Shown: positions 50,533-60,455 of the stretch, piece by piece | Layout: each line of letters opens with the position of its first letter | How positions within the stretch are numbered: the first letter of the stretch is position 1 | NCBI GenBank assembly: GCA_963734495.1 | Contig: CAVTHK010000001.1 | Location: forward strand, 128,001-192,000 | Reading direction: 5' to 3' | Source of the DNA: an uncultured Spirochaetota bacterium | GTDB taxonomy: Bacteria; Spirochaetota; Spirochaetia; SZUA-6; CAVTHK01 | DNA: 64,000 bases | Notes under the pieces: generated by a model | What the model was told of the DNA's origin: nothing | Databases searched by the model: none | What the model saw: the letters and a program-made list of their open reading frames with translations, nothing else | Program-made: the position numbers and the translations under genes

Positions 50533-51864
50533 TCAGCCCTCAGGGGGAGCCTCCCGCGATTGCATGCGCGCAGCGCCGAGTTGCCCGGCTGCTTCCCCGC
50601 AGCGGGCGATGCGGCGGGCGAGAAACTGCTTCTCCCTGGCGGACCGGCACAGCCGTGCGGCCTCCTGAAAGCTCAGTATCGCAGCGCCATGATCGCCGGC
50701 CCTCATCTGGAACTCCCCGAGGCTTGCGGGAAGCAGATAATAGCGGTCGAGCTCGCCCGCGGCTCGGATCGATTCGAGCTCGCGGAGGGCAGCCGCCGGT
50801 CCCCGCGCGTAGCCCAGGGCAATGGCTCTGTTCAGCCGCACGATCGGTGTGTCGTAGACCGAGAGGAGCTTGCCGTAGAGCGAAACGATCATGGCCCAGT
50901 CGGTCTGCTCGAACGAAGGCGCTCCGCAGTGGCAGGCGGCGATCGCCGCTTCCACGTGATAGCGGCTGAGCTCCGCCCCGGACGCCGACCGGTCCAGGAG
51001 GTCGAAGCCGCGGGCGATGAGCCCGGCGTCCCAGCTTTCCCTGTCCTGCTGCTCGAGCTCGCGGATGGAGCCGTCCTCGTAAGTCCGCGCGGAGAGTCGG
51101 GCAGCCTGGAAATGGAGGAGAGCCAGCAGGGCGAAGGTCTTGGGCCGGGCGCAGGAGGTGTTCTCGGCGAGGAGGAAAGTCAGGCGGATCGCCTCGTCGC
51201 AGAGCTCAGCGCGGATGAGAGCATCGCCGGCGGCGCTCTTGTATCCTTCGTTGAAGATCAGGTACACGACCTGGAGCACGGCATCCAGCCTCGCCTGAAG
51301 CTGAGAATCGGGGGGCATCCGGAACGCCTCGCGGTCGTCCCGAAGCCTCCGGCGCGCACGGTACAGGCGCTTGCGCACGGCCTCCTCTTCGCAGAGCAGG
51401 GCGGCGGAAATCTCCCCGATGGAAAAGCTGCCGCAGAACTTGAGCGTGAGGGCGACCTGGTCTTCGAGGCTGAGCCGCGGATCGCAGCAGGTAAAGATCA
51501 TGCGAAGGAGAGCGTCGGGGATCCGCGATTCCTCGAACTCGCGGTCCACGGTCGCGGAGAGCGCTCCCTCGGAGAGCACCTGCCGGCGCAGATGATCGGC
51601 TGCTTTGAACCGGCTCCGCTCCGAGCGGATATGATCGATCGCGCGATTGCGGGCGGCCACCATCAGCCAGCCTCCGGGGTTGGCCGGGACCCCGCGAAAG
51701 GACCAGACCTGGAGGGCGGTGAGAAGCGTCTCCTGGACGATCTCCTCCGCGATGTCGACGTTGTGGAACCCGAGAATCCGCGAGAGCACGGCGACCATCT
51801 TGCCGGCCTGCCTGCGGAAGAGGTGGTCGACGATCGCGGGAACGCCGCGCGCCTGAGCCGGCAC
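50533..51864 (-). CDS. ECF sigma factor with TPR-like C-terminal extension (ECF42-like)
   Basis: AEEIVQE, LRMIFTCCDP, YLIFNEGY, LEQQDRESWD, YHVEAAIAACH, IVRLNRAIA. Confidence 0.9.
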   Translation of the reverse strand: MPAQARGVPAIVDHLFRRQAGKMVAVLSRILGFHNVDIAEEIVQETLLTALQVWSFRGVPANPGGWLMVAARNRAIDHIRSERSRFKAADHLRRQVLSEGALSATVDREFEESRIPDALLRMIFTCCDPRLSLEDQVALTLKFCGSFSIGEISAALLCEEEAVRKRLYRARRRLRDDREAFRMPPDSQLQARLDAVLQVVYLIFNEGYKSAAGDALIRAELCDEAIRLTFLLAENTSCARPKTFALLALLHFQAARLSARTYEDGSIRELEQQDRESWDAGLIARGFDLLDRSASGAELSRYHVEAAIAACHCGAPSFEQTDWAMIVSLYGKLLSVYDTPIVRLNRAIALGYARGPAAALRELESIRAAGELDRYYLLPASLGEFQMRAGDHGAAILSFQEAARLCRSAREKQFLARRIARCGEAAGQLGAARMQSREAPPEG

Positions 51865-51879
51865 GTTCGCCTCTCGGGC

Positions 51880-52221
51880 CTACATCGCGCGGATGGGCCG
51901 AACCTCGACGACACCGTCGATCTCGAACAGCGGGCACCCTCTGGAGATCTCGCAGGCCTGGTCCAGGCTGTCCGTTTTCAGGATGACGTAACCGCTCACG
52001 GCCTCCTTGGCTTCCGTGTACGGGCCGTCGGTCACGGGCTTTCCGGCTCCCTTGAGGAGGCGGCCCTCCGATCCGAGCGGATCGCCCCCGTCCCAGATCC
52101 CCTGCTTCGAGAGGCTCTCCATCCACGCGGTCCAGCGCCTCATGTGCTCCTGCATCTGCTCGGGGGACATCTTCTGCATTCGCGCGCCCCCGCCCCGGAG
52201 CAACAGCATGTATTTGTTCAC
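51880..52221 (-). CDS. YCII/DGPF-type protein
   Basis: GGGAGG RBS, GTG; VTDGPYTEAKEAVSGY, VEVRP. Confidence 0.9.
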   Translation of the reverse strand: MNKYMLLLRGGGARMQKMSPEQMQEHMRRWTAWMESLSKQGIWDGGDPLGSEGRLLKGAGKPVTDGPYTEAKEAVSGYVILKTDSLDQACEISRGCPLFEIDGVVEVRPIRAM

Positions 52222-52293
52222 GTCGCAGCCTCCCGCCGCTAATCTATCTACATGACGGCCAGCGGGGCGAGAATGAGATGGGACAGGGGACGC

Positions 52294-52436
52294 TTGACGA
52301 GCGGCGCGGGGCGTGCGATAGTGGCCCCGCTCGAACAGCCTATGCGCATGCCTCACGGTCGCCCGGCGACAGAAGGATCGGAGGCGTGCGGTCACAGTTG
52401 AACATGGTGGCCGTCCCTCTGGACGGCTTTTTTATT
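52294..52436 (+). promoter_or_regulatory. Promoter plus putative leader-peptide transcription attenuator
   Basis: TTGACG-17-GATAGT; 19-codon ORF 52342-52401; stems 52345-54/52381-90 and 52389-95/52407-13; terminator 52410-52436. Confidence 0.6.
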
Positions 52437-52574
52437 GCCCGGGCCGCGACGAGCAACCGCCGCGGACGGTAATCCAGGGTTCCCGCAGGGGCGGGAGAAG
52501 GAGGCGCGCATGAACCACACTTCAGACAGGCCGGATCCCAAGAGGACCGGCGCTTAGGCGTTCGAGCCTGAGCC

Positions 52575-52609
52575 GGGGCCGCTCCGCGAGGGGCGGCCCC
52601 TCTTTATTT
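52575..52609 (+). terminator. Intrinsic terminator
   Basis: GGGGCCGCTCC-GCGA-GGGGCGGCCCC-TCTTTATTT. Confidence 0.7.
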
Positions 52610-53029
52610 GACGATGTAGCTCCGGTGGGCCCGGTAGTGCTCGGCGCCGTCGTAGCGGGCGATGCGTTCGAGCGCCGCATTCCAGGCGCCGTCCGGAACC
52701 GACTCGATGAGGCGCACGCGCCGGTCAAAGGCCGCCTGCGCTCTCGCCCTCGCCTCCCCGAGACTGAGGCCGCTGTCCTCGCGCTGCCAGCGCGCGTTGA
52801 TCTCGTCGTCGCTGCCTGTGAGGGGAGCGAGCGGCGCGCCGCCGAGCATCGCCTCCAGCTCGTCCATGGAGCGGGTGAGCCATCGCGCAAGGTGGGCGTA
52901 CACGTCGCGGCTCGTCCACTGCCACGACGAAGCGGGGTCGTGGAGCACCTCCCGCGGATGCGCGTCCAGGACCGCGACGAGCTCGTCCCATGCTGCCCGG
53001 TCTTCGCGCAGCATCGCCTTGACGTCCAT
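52604..53029 (-). CDS. DinB-superfamily four-helix protein
   Basis: WTSRDVYAHLARW, DEINARW, EHYRAH; TGATG coupling to upstream gene. Confidence 0.8.
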   Translation of the reverse strand: MDVKAMLREDRAAWDELVAVLDAHPREVLHDPASSWQWTSRDVYAHLARWLTRSMDELEAMLGGAPLAPLTGSDDEINARWQREDSGLSLGEARARAQAAFDRRVRLIESVPDGAWNAALERIARYDGAEHYRAHRSYIVK

Positions 53030-53790
53030 CACAAAGCCCGTCCCTCCGATGCGGCTAGCCGGGCGATCTGCCCGCGGTCCCGCAGGCGGACCCACCGCCT
53101 GCCCGCTTCGATCCATCCATCGCGCTGGAGCCGGCTCAGCGTGCGGCTCACGGTTTCCGGAGTCGTCCCTGTCATGGCCGCCAGGTCTTCGCGCGAAAGC
53201 GGCGCCTGGATCAGGATGCCGGAGCTTCCACGTGTGCCGAGCTTGTCCGCGAGCTTGAGCAGCGCGTGGGAGATCCGCACCTCCGCCGTGCTCGCGCTCA
53301 GGTGCTGGATCGTCTCGTGCGCCGCCCGCAGCCGCTTGCGTGTGATCTCGAGCACGGCGAGGGCGACCTTGGGAAAGGTCTCCAGGACCCGCCGGAACTG
53401 CTGCGCCGAGATGGCGAGCAGGCAGCAGGCGGTGCGCGCGCGCACGATGTCCGGGTACGCGGCATCTCCGGCCGGCGAGAGGCTGCCGAAAAAGTCGCCG
53501 CGCGCGAGCACTTCCATCAGGACGTCCTGACCGGAAGGCATCGGGTGAACCACCACGAGCTTGCCCGCGGCGACGACGTACAGGTGCTCCACGGGCTTTC
53601 CGGCCATCACGACGATCCGGCCCGCCTCGAAGCCCGTATCCCTGAAGCTCGCGTCGATCCGGGCGATATCGCGCGCGCCGAGGCCGCGGAAGAACGGCAG
53701 GCCCTTCAGGATCTCGAGCCGCATCTCGGGCGTGCACGTCTCGGGCTCGATCGAATCGTTGTGCAGCGGGACACGGCGCCTGCTGTTCAT
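53029..53790 (-). CDS. Crp/Fnr-family regulator (Flp/Fnr-like)
   Basis: GDFFG cNMP-fold; LSREDLAAMTGTTPETVSRTL. Confidence 0.92.
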   Translation of the reverse strand: MNSRRRVPLHNDSIEPETCTPEMRLEILKGLPFFRGLGARDIARIDASFRDTGFEAGRIVVMAGKPVEHLYVVAAGKLVVVHPMPSGQDVLMEVLARGDFFGSLSPAGDAAYPDIVRARTACCLLAISAQQFRRVLETFPKVALAVLEITRKRLRAAHETIQHLSASTAEVRISHALLKLADKLGTRGSSGILIQAPLSREDLAAMTGTTPETVSRTLSRLQRDGWIEAGRRWVRLRDRGQIARLAASEGRAL

Positions 53791-53826
53791 TCCGCCTCAT
53801 TATAGCCCGGGCAGCCGGCCCGTGCC

Positions 53827-55713
53827 TCAAGCCCTCAGCAGCCTCATCGCGTTCAGAATCACCAGGAACACCGAGCCTTCGTGGATCAGCATCCCCGAGG
53901 CCATGCGGACCTCCCCTATCATCACGCCTGCGAGCAGAAGCGCCACGGTGGCCAGGGCCAGCGCCGTGTTCTGCCTGATGACCCGCAGCGTGCGCCGCGA
54001 CAGGCGAACCGCTTCGGGGAGCTTGAGCAGGTCGTCGGTCATGAGGGCGATGTCCGCCGCCTCGATGGCCACGTCCGAGCCCGCGGCGCCGAGCGCGATC
54101 CCGACGTCCGCCTGCGCCAGGGCGGGGGCGTCGTTGACCCCGTCGCCCACCATGGCCACGGTCGTGCCCCTGCCCTGAAGATTCCGGATGGCTTCGAGCT
54201 TCTCTTCGGGGAGCAGCTCCGAGTGCACGGCGTCGACGCCGACCTGAGCGGCCACGGCCTCCGCGGTCTGGCGGTCGTCGCCGGTAAGCATGACGACGCG
54301 CGTGACCCCGGCTTTCCTGAGGCCCTCGACGGCGGCGCGCGCCGTGTCGCGGGTCGTGTCCGCGATTCCGAGGACCCCCGCCACATGGTTGTCTCTCGCG
54401 ACGAGCACCGAAGTCTTTCCCTGCCCCCTCATCCTGGCAAGCTCCGCGGACACCTCGCCGTTGAAAGAGATGCCGAGCTCCGCCATCAGCTTGCGGTTCC
54501 CGACCGCGACGCGGACTCCCTCGTGCTCCGCCACCACTCCCTTTCCGGGGAGGCTCTCGAACCGGCTGGGATGCGGGACGGGCCCGTGCTCCGCGGCCGC
54601 GCGCACGATCGGCGCCGCAAGCGGATGCTCCGAGACGACTTCTCCGATGCCCGCAAGACGCAGGAGCGCGCGCTGCGCGTCGCTCCACGGCGATGCTCCG
54701 CCCGCGGCGCCCACGACCGCCACGTCCGTCAGGCGCGGCTTGCCTGTGGTGAGCGTGCCGGTCTTGTCGAACGCCACGACGGAGATCCTGCCGGCCTTCT
54801 CCAGGTGCTCGCCTCCCTTGATGAGGATGCCCTTTCGGGCGGCGCGGCCGATCCCGGCCACGACCGCCACAGGGGTGGAGATCACCAGCGCGCCGGGGCA
54901 GCTGATTACGAGAAAGGTCAGCGCGAGCTCGACGTCGCGGGTGACGGCGAACGTGACGGCGCTCGCGGCCACGATGAGCGGCGTGTACCAGCGGGCGAAC
55001 CGCTCGATGAGCTTCTGCGTCGGCGCCCTGGCTTCCTGCGCCTCCTCCACCCGGCGGATGACGCGCGCGAGGGTGGTGTCCGCCCCCACCCCTTCGGCCC
55101 GGACGTACAGCGCGCCGCCGTGCACGATCGTGCCCGCGTACACGCGCGAGCCCGCGGCCTTGTCCTCGGGCATCGGCTCGCCTGTGATCGTGCTCTCGTC
55201 GACGGCGGCGCTGCCGCGCAGCACCTCGCCGTCCACGGGTATCCGCTGCCCCGGCCTGATCACGACGGTCTCGCCGCGGCCCACCTCGCCCGGCGCCACC
55301 GACACCTCGCGGCCGTCACGCAGCACGGCGGCCGACTGCGGCACGAGGTCGATGAGCGTGCGCAGCTCGCGCCGCGTCCTCTCGAGGGTGCGCGCCTCCA
55401 GGTAAGCCCCCAGGACAAAAAGGAAGGTCACCGCGGCCGCCTCCCAGTACTCGCCGATGGCGATCGCTCCGGCGGTGGCGATCGTCACGAGCAGCTCGAT
55501 GCCGATCTGCCTGCGGGCGAGGGCGCGCACGCCACGGACCGCGATGTCGGAGCCGGCGAGCACGGCAGCGGAGACCATGAGGGCGTCGTGGGCCGCGTGC
55601 AGCCCGGCGAGGTGCTTTGCCGCGAGCCCCGCGAGCACGAGCGCCGCGTCGAATGCCGCGAGCGCGCCTTTGCTGCGCCGCAGGCGTCCGATGGCGGCCT
55701 TCACTTTGTTCAT
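53827..55713 (-). CDS. Heavy-metal P1B-type ATPase
   Basis: ITGEP, SCPGAL, DKTGTLT, SEHPLA, TGD, GDGVNDAP, HEGS. Confidence 0.95.
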   Translation of the reverse strand: MNKVKAAIGRLRRSKGALAAFDAALVLAGLAAKHLAGLHAAHDALMVSAAVLAGSDIAVRGVRALARRQIGIELLVTIATAGAIAIGEYWEAAAVTFLFVLGAYLEARTLERTRRELRTLIDLVPQSAAVLRDGREVSVAPGEVGRGETVVIRPGQRIPVDGEVLRGSAAVDESTITGEPMPEDKAAGSRVYAGTIVHGGALYVRAEGVGADTTLARVIRRVEEAQEARAPTQKLIERFARWYTPLIVAASAVTFAVTRDVELALTFLVISCPGALVISTPVAVVAGIGRAARKGILIKGGEHLEKAGRISVVAFDKTGTLTTGKPRLTDVAVVGAAGGASPWSDAQRALLRLAGIGEVVSEHPLAAPIVRAAAEHGPVPHPSRFESLPGKGVVAEHEGVRVAVGNRKLMAELGISFNGEVSAELARMRGQGKTSVLVARDNHVAGVLGIADTTRDTARAAVEGLRKAGVTRVVMLTGDDRQTAEAVAAQVGVDAVHSELLPEEKLEAIRNLQGRGTTVAMVGDGVNDAPALAQADVGIALGAAGSDVAIEAADIALMTDDLLKLPEAVRLSRRTLRVIRQNTALALATVALLLAGVMIGEVRMASGMLIHEGSVFLVILNAMRLLRA

Positions 55714-55726
55714 CTTGTCCCTCCTC

Positions 55727-55942
55727 TCACACAGGCGAGACGCGGGCTTCGTAGCCGGTCGACCGGACCTTTTTTGCGAGCGCCTCGGGCACGACGGCGT
55801 CGCGGTCGTGCTCGACCTCGATCCGCCCCGTGGCAAAGTGGACCTTCGCCTCGCTCACGCCCGGCACCGCTTTGAGCGCGGACTCGATCTTGAGCACGCA
55901 GGACGGGCAGGTGAGCTCTTCGCTTCTCAGGATGGTCTTCAT
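55727..55942 (-). CDS. HMA-domain metallochaperone
   Basis: ELTCPSC, 71 aa, GAGGAGG RBS. Confidence 0.92.
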   Translation of the reverse strand: MKTILRSEELTCPSCVLKIESALKAVPGVSEAKVHFATGRIEVEHDRDAVVPEALAKKVRSTGYEARVSPV

Positions 55943-55973
55943 CGCGTTCCCTCCTCGAAAGGATTCTGCGTAC

Positions 55974-56015
55974 AGGGTAAACAGCGACGCGCATCGCGAA
56001 CATGATCCAGATCAG
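55974..56015 (-). promoter_or_regulatory. Fnr-like site in class II position
   Basis: CTGAT-N4-ATCAT (56015-56002); -10 TACCCT at 55979-55974. Confidence 0.65.
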
Positions 56016-56089
56016 ATAAGCGCAGGAAGCCAGGGCGCCGATCGTGCGCGCGGCCGCCACGGTCCGCCCGTCGCGGCGGCGCAGTGCCC

Positions 56090-59000
56090 TCAGAGCGGCG
56101 GTCCGCCCGACAGGCGCTCGGCGGCCGCGGCGATGTAGGGGACGAGCAGGTCGTTCCGGTGCGTCCCCGTGCCGTCGTAGGTCAGGGTGACCACGGGCAC
56201 GCCAGTGACCTCTGCGATCCGCTGCGACTGCGCCTCCGTGACCAGCGCCGGACAGCAGAACGAAGGCCCCGCCTGCACGAAGAGCGCGAGGTCGCGGTGC
56301 CGCGCGAGCAGGTGGCGCACCTTGAGGATGTTGTCGAAGGACTCGCCGTCGTGCTCGAGCCGGACGTCCAGCGCGCTCAGCGCCTTCTCGTCGATGGCGC
56401 CTTCGGCGGTCCAGGGCCCGAGCAGCGGCTCGAACAGCCGGCCGTACGGCCGGGAGAACGCGCGCATCGCCGCAAGCAGGGCGCTGTTGGCCGCCACGCG
56501 CAGAAGGTGGCCTTCGTGCAGCCAACGGCGGAAATAGGACCCGGCGACGATCTCGACGTACTCGGTGTAGGGCGTGGTCACCACCTCGCCCCCCGCGGCT
56601 TCGATGCTCCGGACCAGGTCCTGGTTCATCACGTCGTTGTCGCGGACGTACAGGTCCCCGAAGATGGCCACCTTGGGCTTCCGACCGTCCCGATCCCAGT
56701 CGAGGACCCCGAACCTCCGGGCCACGTCTCTCCACCGTGCTGTCCAGGGCCGCGCGCCCCGCGAACGCCTCGACGAGAGCCGCGTGGCTCTCCCGCACAG
56801 CCCGATCGGTGTCGCCCGTCGCTCGCTCGTGCGGACGGATCCGGCACGCCAGACGCCTGAGTATCCCGCCGATCAGGTACGCGAGATAGGTGTCGATGCT
56901 CGCCCTCAGCGAGAACTCCACGTTGGTCAGGTTCCCCGCGTACACCGCGACTTCGCCCAGCCCTTCACGCTCGAGCATCGTCTTGATGAAGTGGGCGAAG
57001 AGCCCGAAGTTGCAGGCCACCGTTCCCGTCATCATCCACACAGCCGTGCGCGCCGGGTCGAGACTCTCCCGCCGGATCGTCTCGTTGCACTCCTGGACGA
57101 TGATGCTGAGCGGCAGACACTGGCCGCTGTTGATGAGCATGCTTCGCCGGATGGCCTCCGCGTCCTCGCTGAGGAGCCGCGCGTCGACTCCGGCGCGGCG
57201 CAGCGCGGCCGAGAGGAGCGGGTGGACCAGAGGGTCCCAAAGCGGCAGCAGGAGCACGCGCCCATCCAGGCTGCGACACAGCCTGGGCGCGACGGGAAGC
57301 GCGGCGCGCCGCCCGTCGGGCACCGGCCGGGCCGCGGCGTGGTTGCGGAAGGCGCGGACCGCGGCCTCGATCCTGGTCTCGTAGCCGACCGACGAGTCGT
57401 GATCATCGAGCTGGAGGATGAGGTAGGGCTTGGCCGCGCGCTGCATGATCCGCTCGAAGTACTCGATGAGCATCGAGTCCGGCGTGCACTTGAACGAGGT
57501 GACGAGCACGGGGTAGAGACCCGGCATCGAGGCCGCCCGGGCCGCCGCGTCCACGATCTCGGCGGCGTAGTTCCAGTGCAGCGCCCGCAGGAGCTCGCCC
57601 GTCTCGGCATCCGGCTCCGCCGCGGGGATCATGTCCTCCGAGAACGTCCTGATGCCGAGGGAATCGAAGATGCCGGGGATCCCCTTGTTCATGCCGGGCG
57701 AGAGGACCGTATACGGTCTGCCCAGCAGAACCACGGCCACGTCGCCCTGGGTCTCCTGGCAAAACAGGTGCGGCAGGTCGTCGCGCCGCCGGCGGAACCA
57801 GCGCAGCGCCTCCTCGAGCGCGGCCGCGACGCGCCGGCGCGAAAGGCCCGGGACGAGCGCGCCGAGCGCGCGGGTGAGCTCCGCGATCGTGGCGCGCGGA
57901 ATCGTGCGGCCGGGCAGGACGCCGGAGAGACGGACCAGCGGCATGAGGAGCCGCTCGCGGAAGCGGCCGCCGGCCATGGCGGCAACCACGGAGGGCCCGA
58001 ACTGGGTGTAGTAGCAGTACTGGCGCACGCGCCCGGCGCGGCCTTCGATGCCTTCCAGATAGATGGGAAGGAAGACGAAGTCTGCCTGCTCGCAGAGCCG
58101 GGCCGCCTGCCCGTGCAGCGCCGCCATTGGCGCGCAGAACTCCGCCCCGGCCAGGCGCTTGCCTTCGGCGAGGTCCTCGGGGCCGAGCTCCGAAGTGACG
58201 ACGGGGATCCCCAGCGCGCGGAAGAACCTCCTCCACAGGGGCAGGTGCTCGGCCATGGGAAGCGCGGCCGGCAGACCGACGGACGGTCGGCGCGGCGCCG
58301 CATCGGGAGGCTCGTCGGCCCCGGCGAACGCCCGCCTGTGCGCCTCGACGAGGTCCAGCCCTGCGCCCCGCGCGACGCGCCTGCGCGTCTGGTAGTCCCG
58401 GCCGCAAAGAAAGCCGTAGGCGACCTCGCGGCCGGCAACCGTTGCCACGCGCAGGGAGCAGCGGTTGCGGCAGAGTCCGCAGGTTTCGGCGCGGATCGGG
58501 ATATCCGATTCGGCCAGGCCGAAGCCGCGAAAGGCGGTGCTCGCCGGCAGGTCCTCCAGCACGGTCAGTGCCGCGCCGTGAGCCCCGGCCAGGTGGCAGG
58601 TGCGCGCGACGCGGATCCTGCGGCCCAGCTTCTGCTCGAACGCCGCGACCAGGGCGCGATTCCTGGCAGTCGCGCCCTGAAAGCAGATGTTGCCGCCCAG
58701 CTCTCTGCCTGCCACCTTGCTCAGGTAGTTCTCCCGCACGGCGTGCAGGACGGCAGCGAGGATCTCCTCGGTCCGGAAGCCCTGCGCGACGAGCTCGTGC
58801 ACGTCGCGCTCCATGAACACCGTGCAGCGGTCGCTGGCGAGGGGCGCCTGCACTCCCTCCGCCAGCCGGTAGTCGGCCAGCGAGCACCCGAGATTGCCCG
58901 CCTGCTCCTCCAGAAAGCTCCCGGTCCCGGCGGCGCAGACCATGTTCATCCGCGCAAACGTCACGTGGCCGTCGCTCAAGGTCGTGAACTTGCTGTCCTG

Positions 59001-60293
59001 GCCGCCGATCTCGATGATCGTGTCCACGCCGGGGTCCAGCGCCACGGCGGCGCGGGCATGGGCCGAGATCTCGTCGAGAACCAGGTCCGCCCCGATGATC
59101 GCCCCGACCAGCTTGCGGCCGGATCCCGTGGTCGCGGCGGCGGCGATGCGAAACGCGCGACCCTCGCGGACCTCGAGGTCGCGTGCCGCCTCGAACAGCG
59201 CCTGAGTTGCCGCCACGGGCGCGCCCGCGGTCATGGTGTACAGGCCGGCGATGACAGCGCCGTCGAGGCCGACGATCGTCGCCTTCGTGCTCGTCGAGCC
59301 GATGTCGATGCCGAGGACGGCACCCGCGCTCGCATCGGGATCGCCGAAGACCTCCACCTCGACCGCGCGGCCGCGCCTGTCCGACCGGTAGTCGTCGATG
59401 CGGCCGCTCGCGAAGTCAGGGTAGTCCGAAGCGGGAAGGCCGAGGGGCGGGTAAAGCGTCGTCTCGCGCCGCCCGCTTTCGCGGAACAGCGCCTCGGGGT
59501 CATCGAGGGACACCGCCGGCTCGGGCGGGAGACTCCTCAGGGCGTGCAGCGCCGCGCCATGGGCCGCATACAGGGGGCCCTCGTCATCGACCACGAGATC
59601 GGTGCCCAGCAGCCGGGACAGATGCCGCGCCACGGCGCGATTCCTGGCCACTCCGCCGCAAAGCGCCACCGGGCCGTCAGGCAGCGATCCCCCGAAGACG
59701 GCGTCCACGATGCTCTGCGCCAGGCCCGCGCACAGCCCGTCGCAGATCTCGGCGAGGCTGTAGCCTTCCTGCTGAGCGTGGATCAGGTCGGTGCGGGCAA
59801 AGACCGCGCAGCGGCTCGCGATCCGGGGAACGCGGCCGCCGCTGCTCTGCGCGGCCTCGGCCAGGTCGCCCACGGAGTCCAGCCCGAGCCGCCTCGCCTG
59901 CTGGTCGAGAAAGCTGCCTGTCCCGGCCGCGCACGACGAGTTGGCCGCGGTCCCGCGATAGCCCCCGCGGCTGTCGAGATCGATCCGGCCAAAGCGCTCC
60001 GCCCCGACCACGAGGATCGAGCGCACGCCGGGATGCCGGCGCCGGACCGCCTCGATGGTCGCGATCTGCCCGTCGACGCGGGGGCCGCGGACGACGTGGG
60101 GCGTGCCCGCCGTGCACGCAACCCGTGCGCGGCCCGCGCCGATCGACTCCAGGGCGGCGCGGACGCTTTCGCGGACGCGGCCGCGATGAGGCATGTAGGC
60201 CGAGTCGAGCAGCGTGCCGTCGCTCGCGACGCGCGCGACTGCCACGGTGGCGGACCCGACGTCGATTCCGACCATGTCCAGCTGATCCGCCAT
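56090..60293 (-). CDS. Large acyl-CoA dehydratase activase-related protein (two ASKHA activator domains plus DUF2229-like), frameshift near 56730
   Basis: GIDVGS and GIDIGSTSTK, two CAAGTGSFL, EIGGQDSK, CGLCRNRC, FKCTPD, KVAIFGDLYVR. Confidence 0.88.
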
Positions 60294-60455
60294 GAGGCCT
60301 CTTGACTCGAGTATACGAGATCGCAGGCGCAAAATGGGCGGCCGCGCGGCGACGGTCAAAGCGGCCGGCGAGAAGCTTGCGCCGGCGGAGCCTCCACGGG
60401 ATACTAGGTCGCTACGCGCCGCCTGGACCCCGGGGCCGCGCACGAGGAGGCAGTC

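Noticed and set aside
52470-52505. CAGGGTTCC resembling the ykkC/guanidine-I riboswitch
   Set aside because: Remaining conserved elements are missing; only a short hairpin next to the RBS
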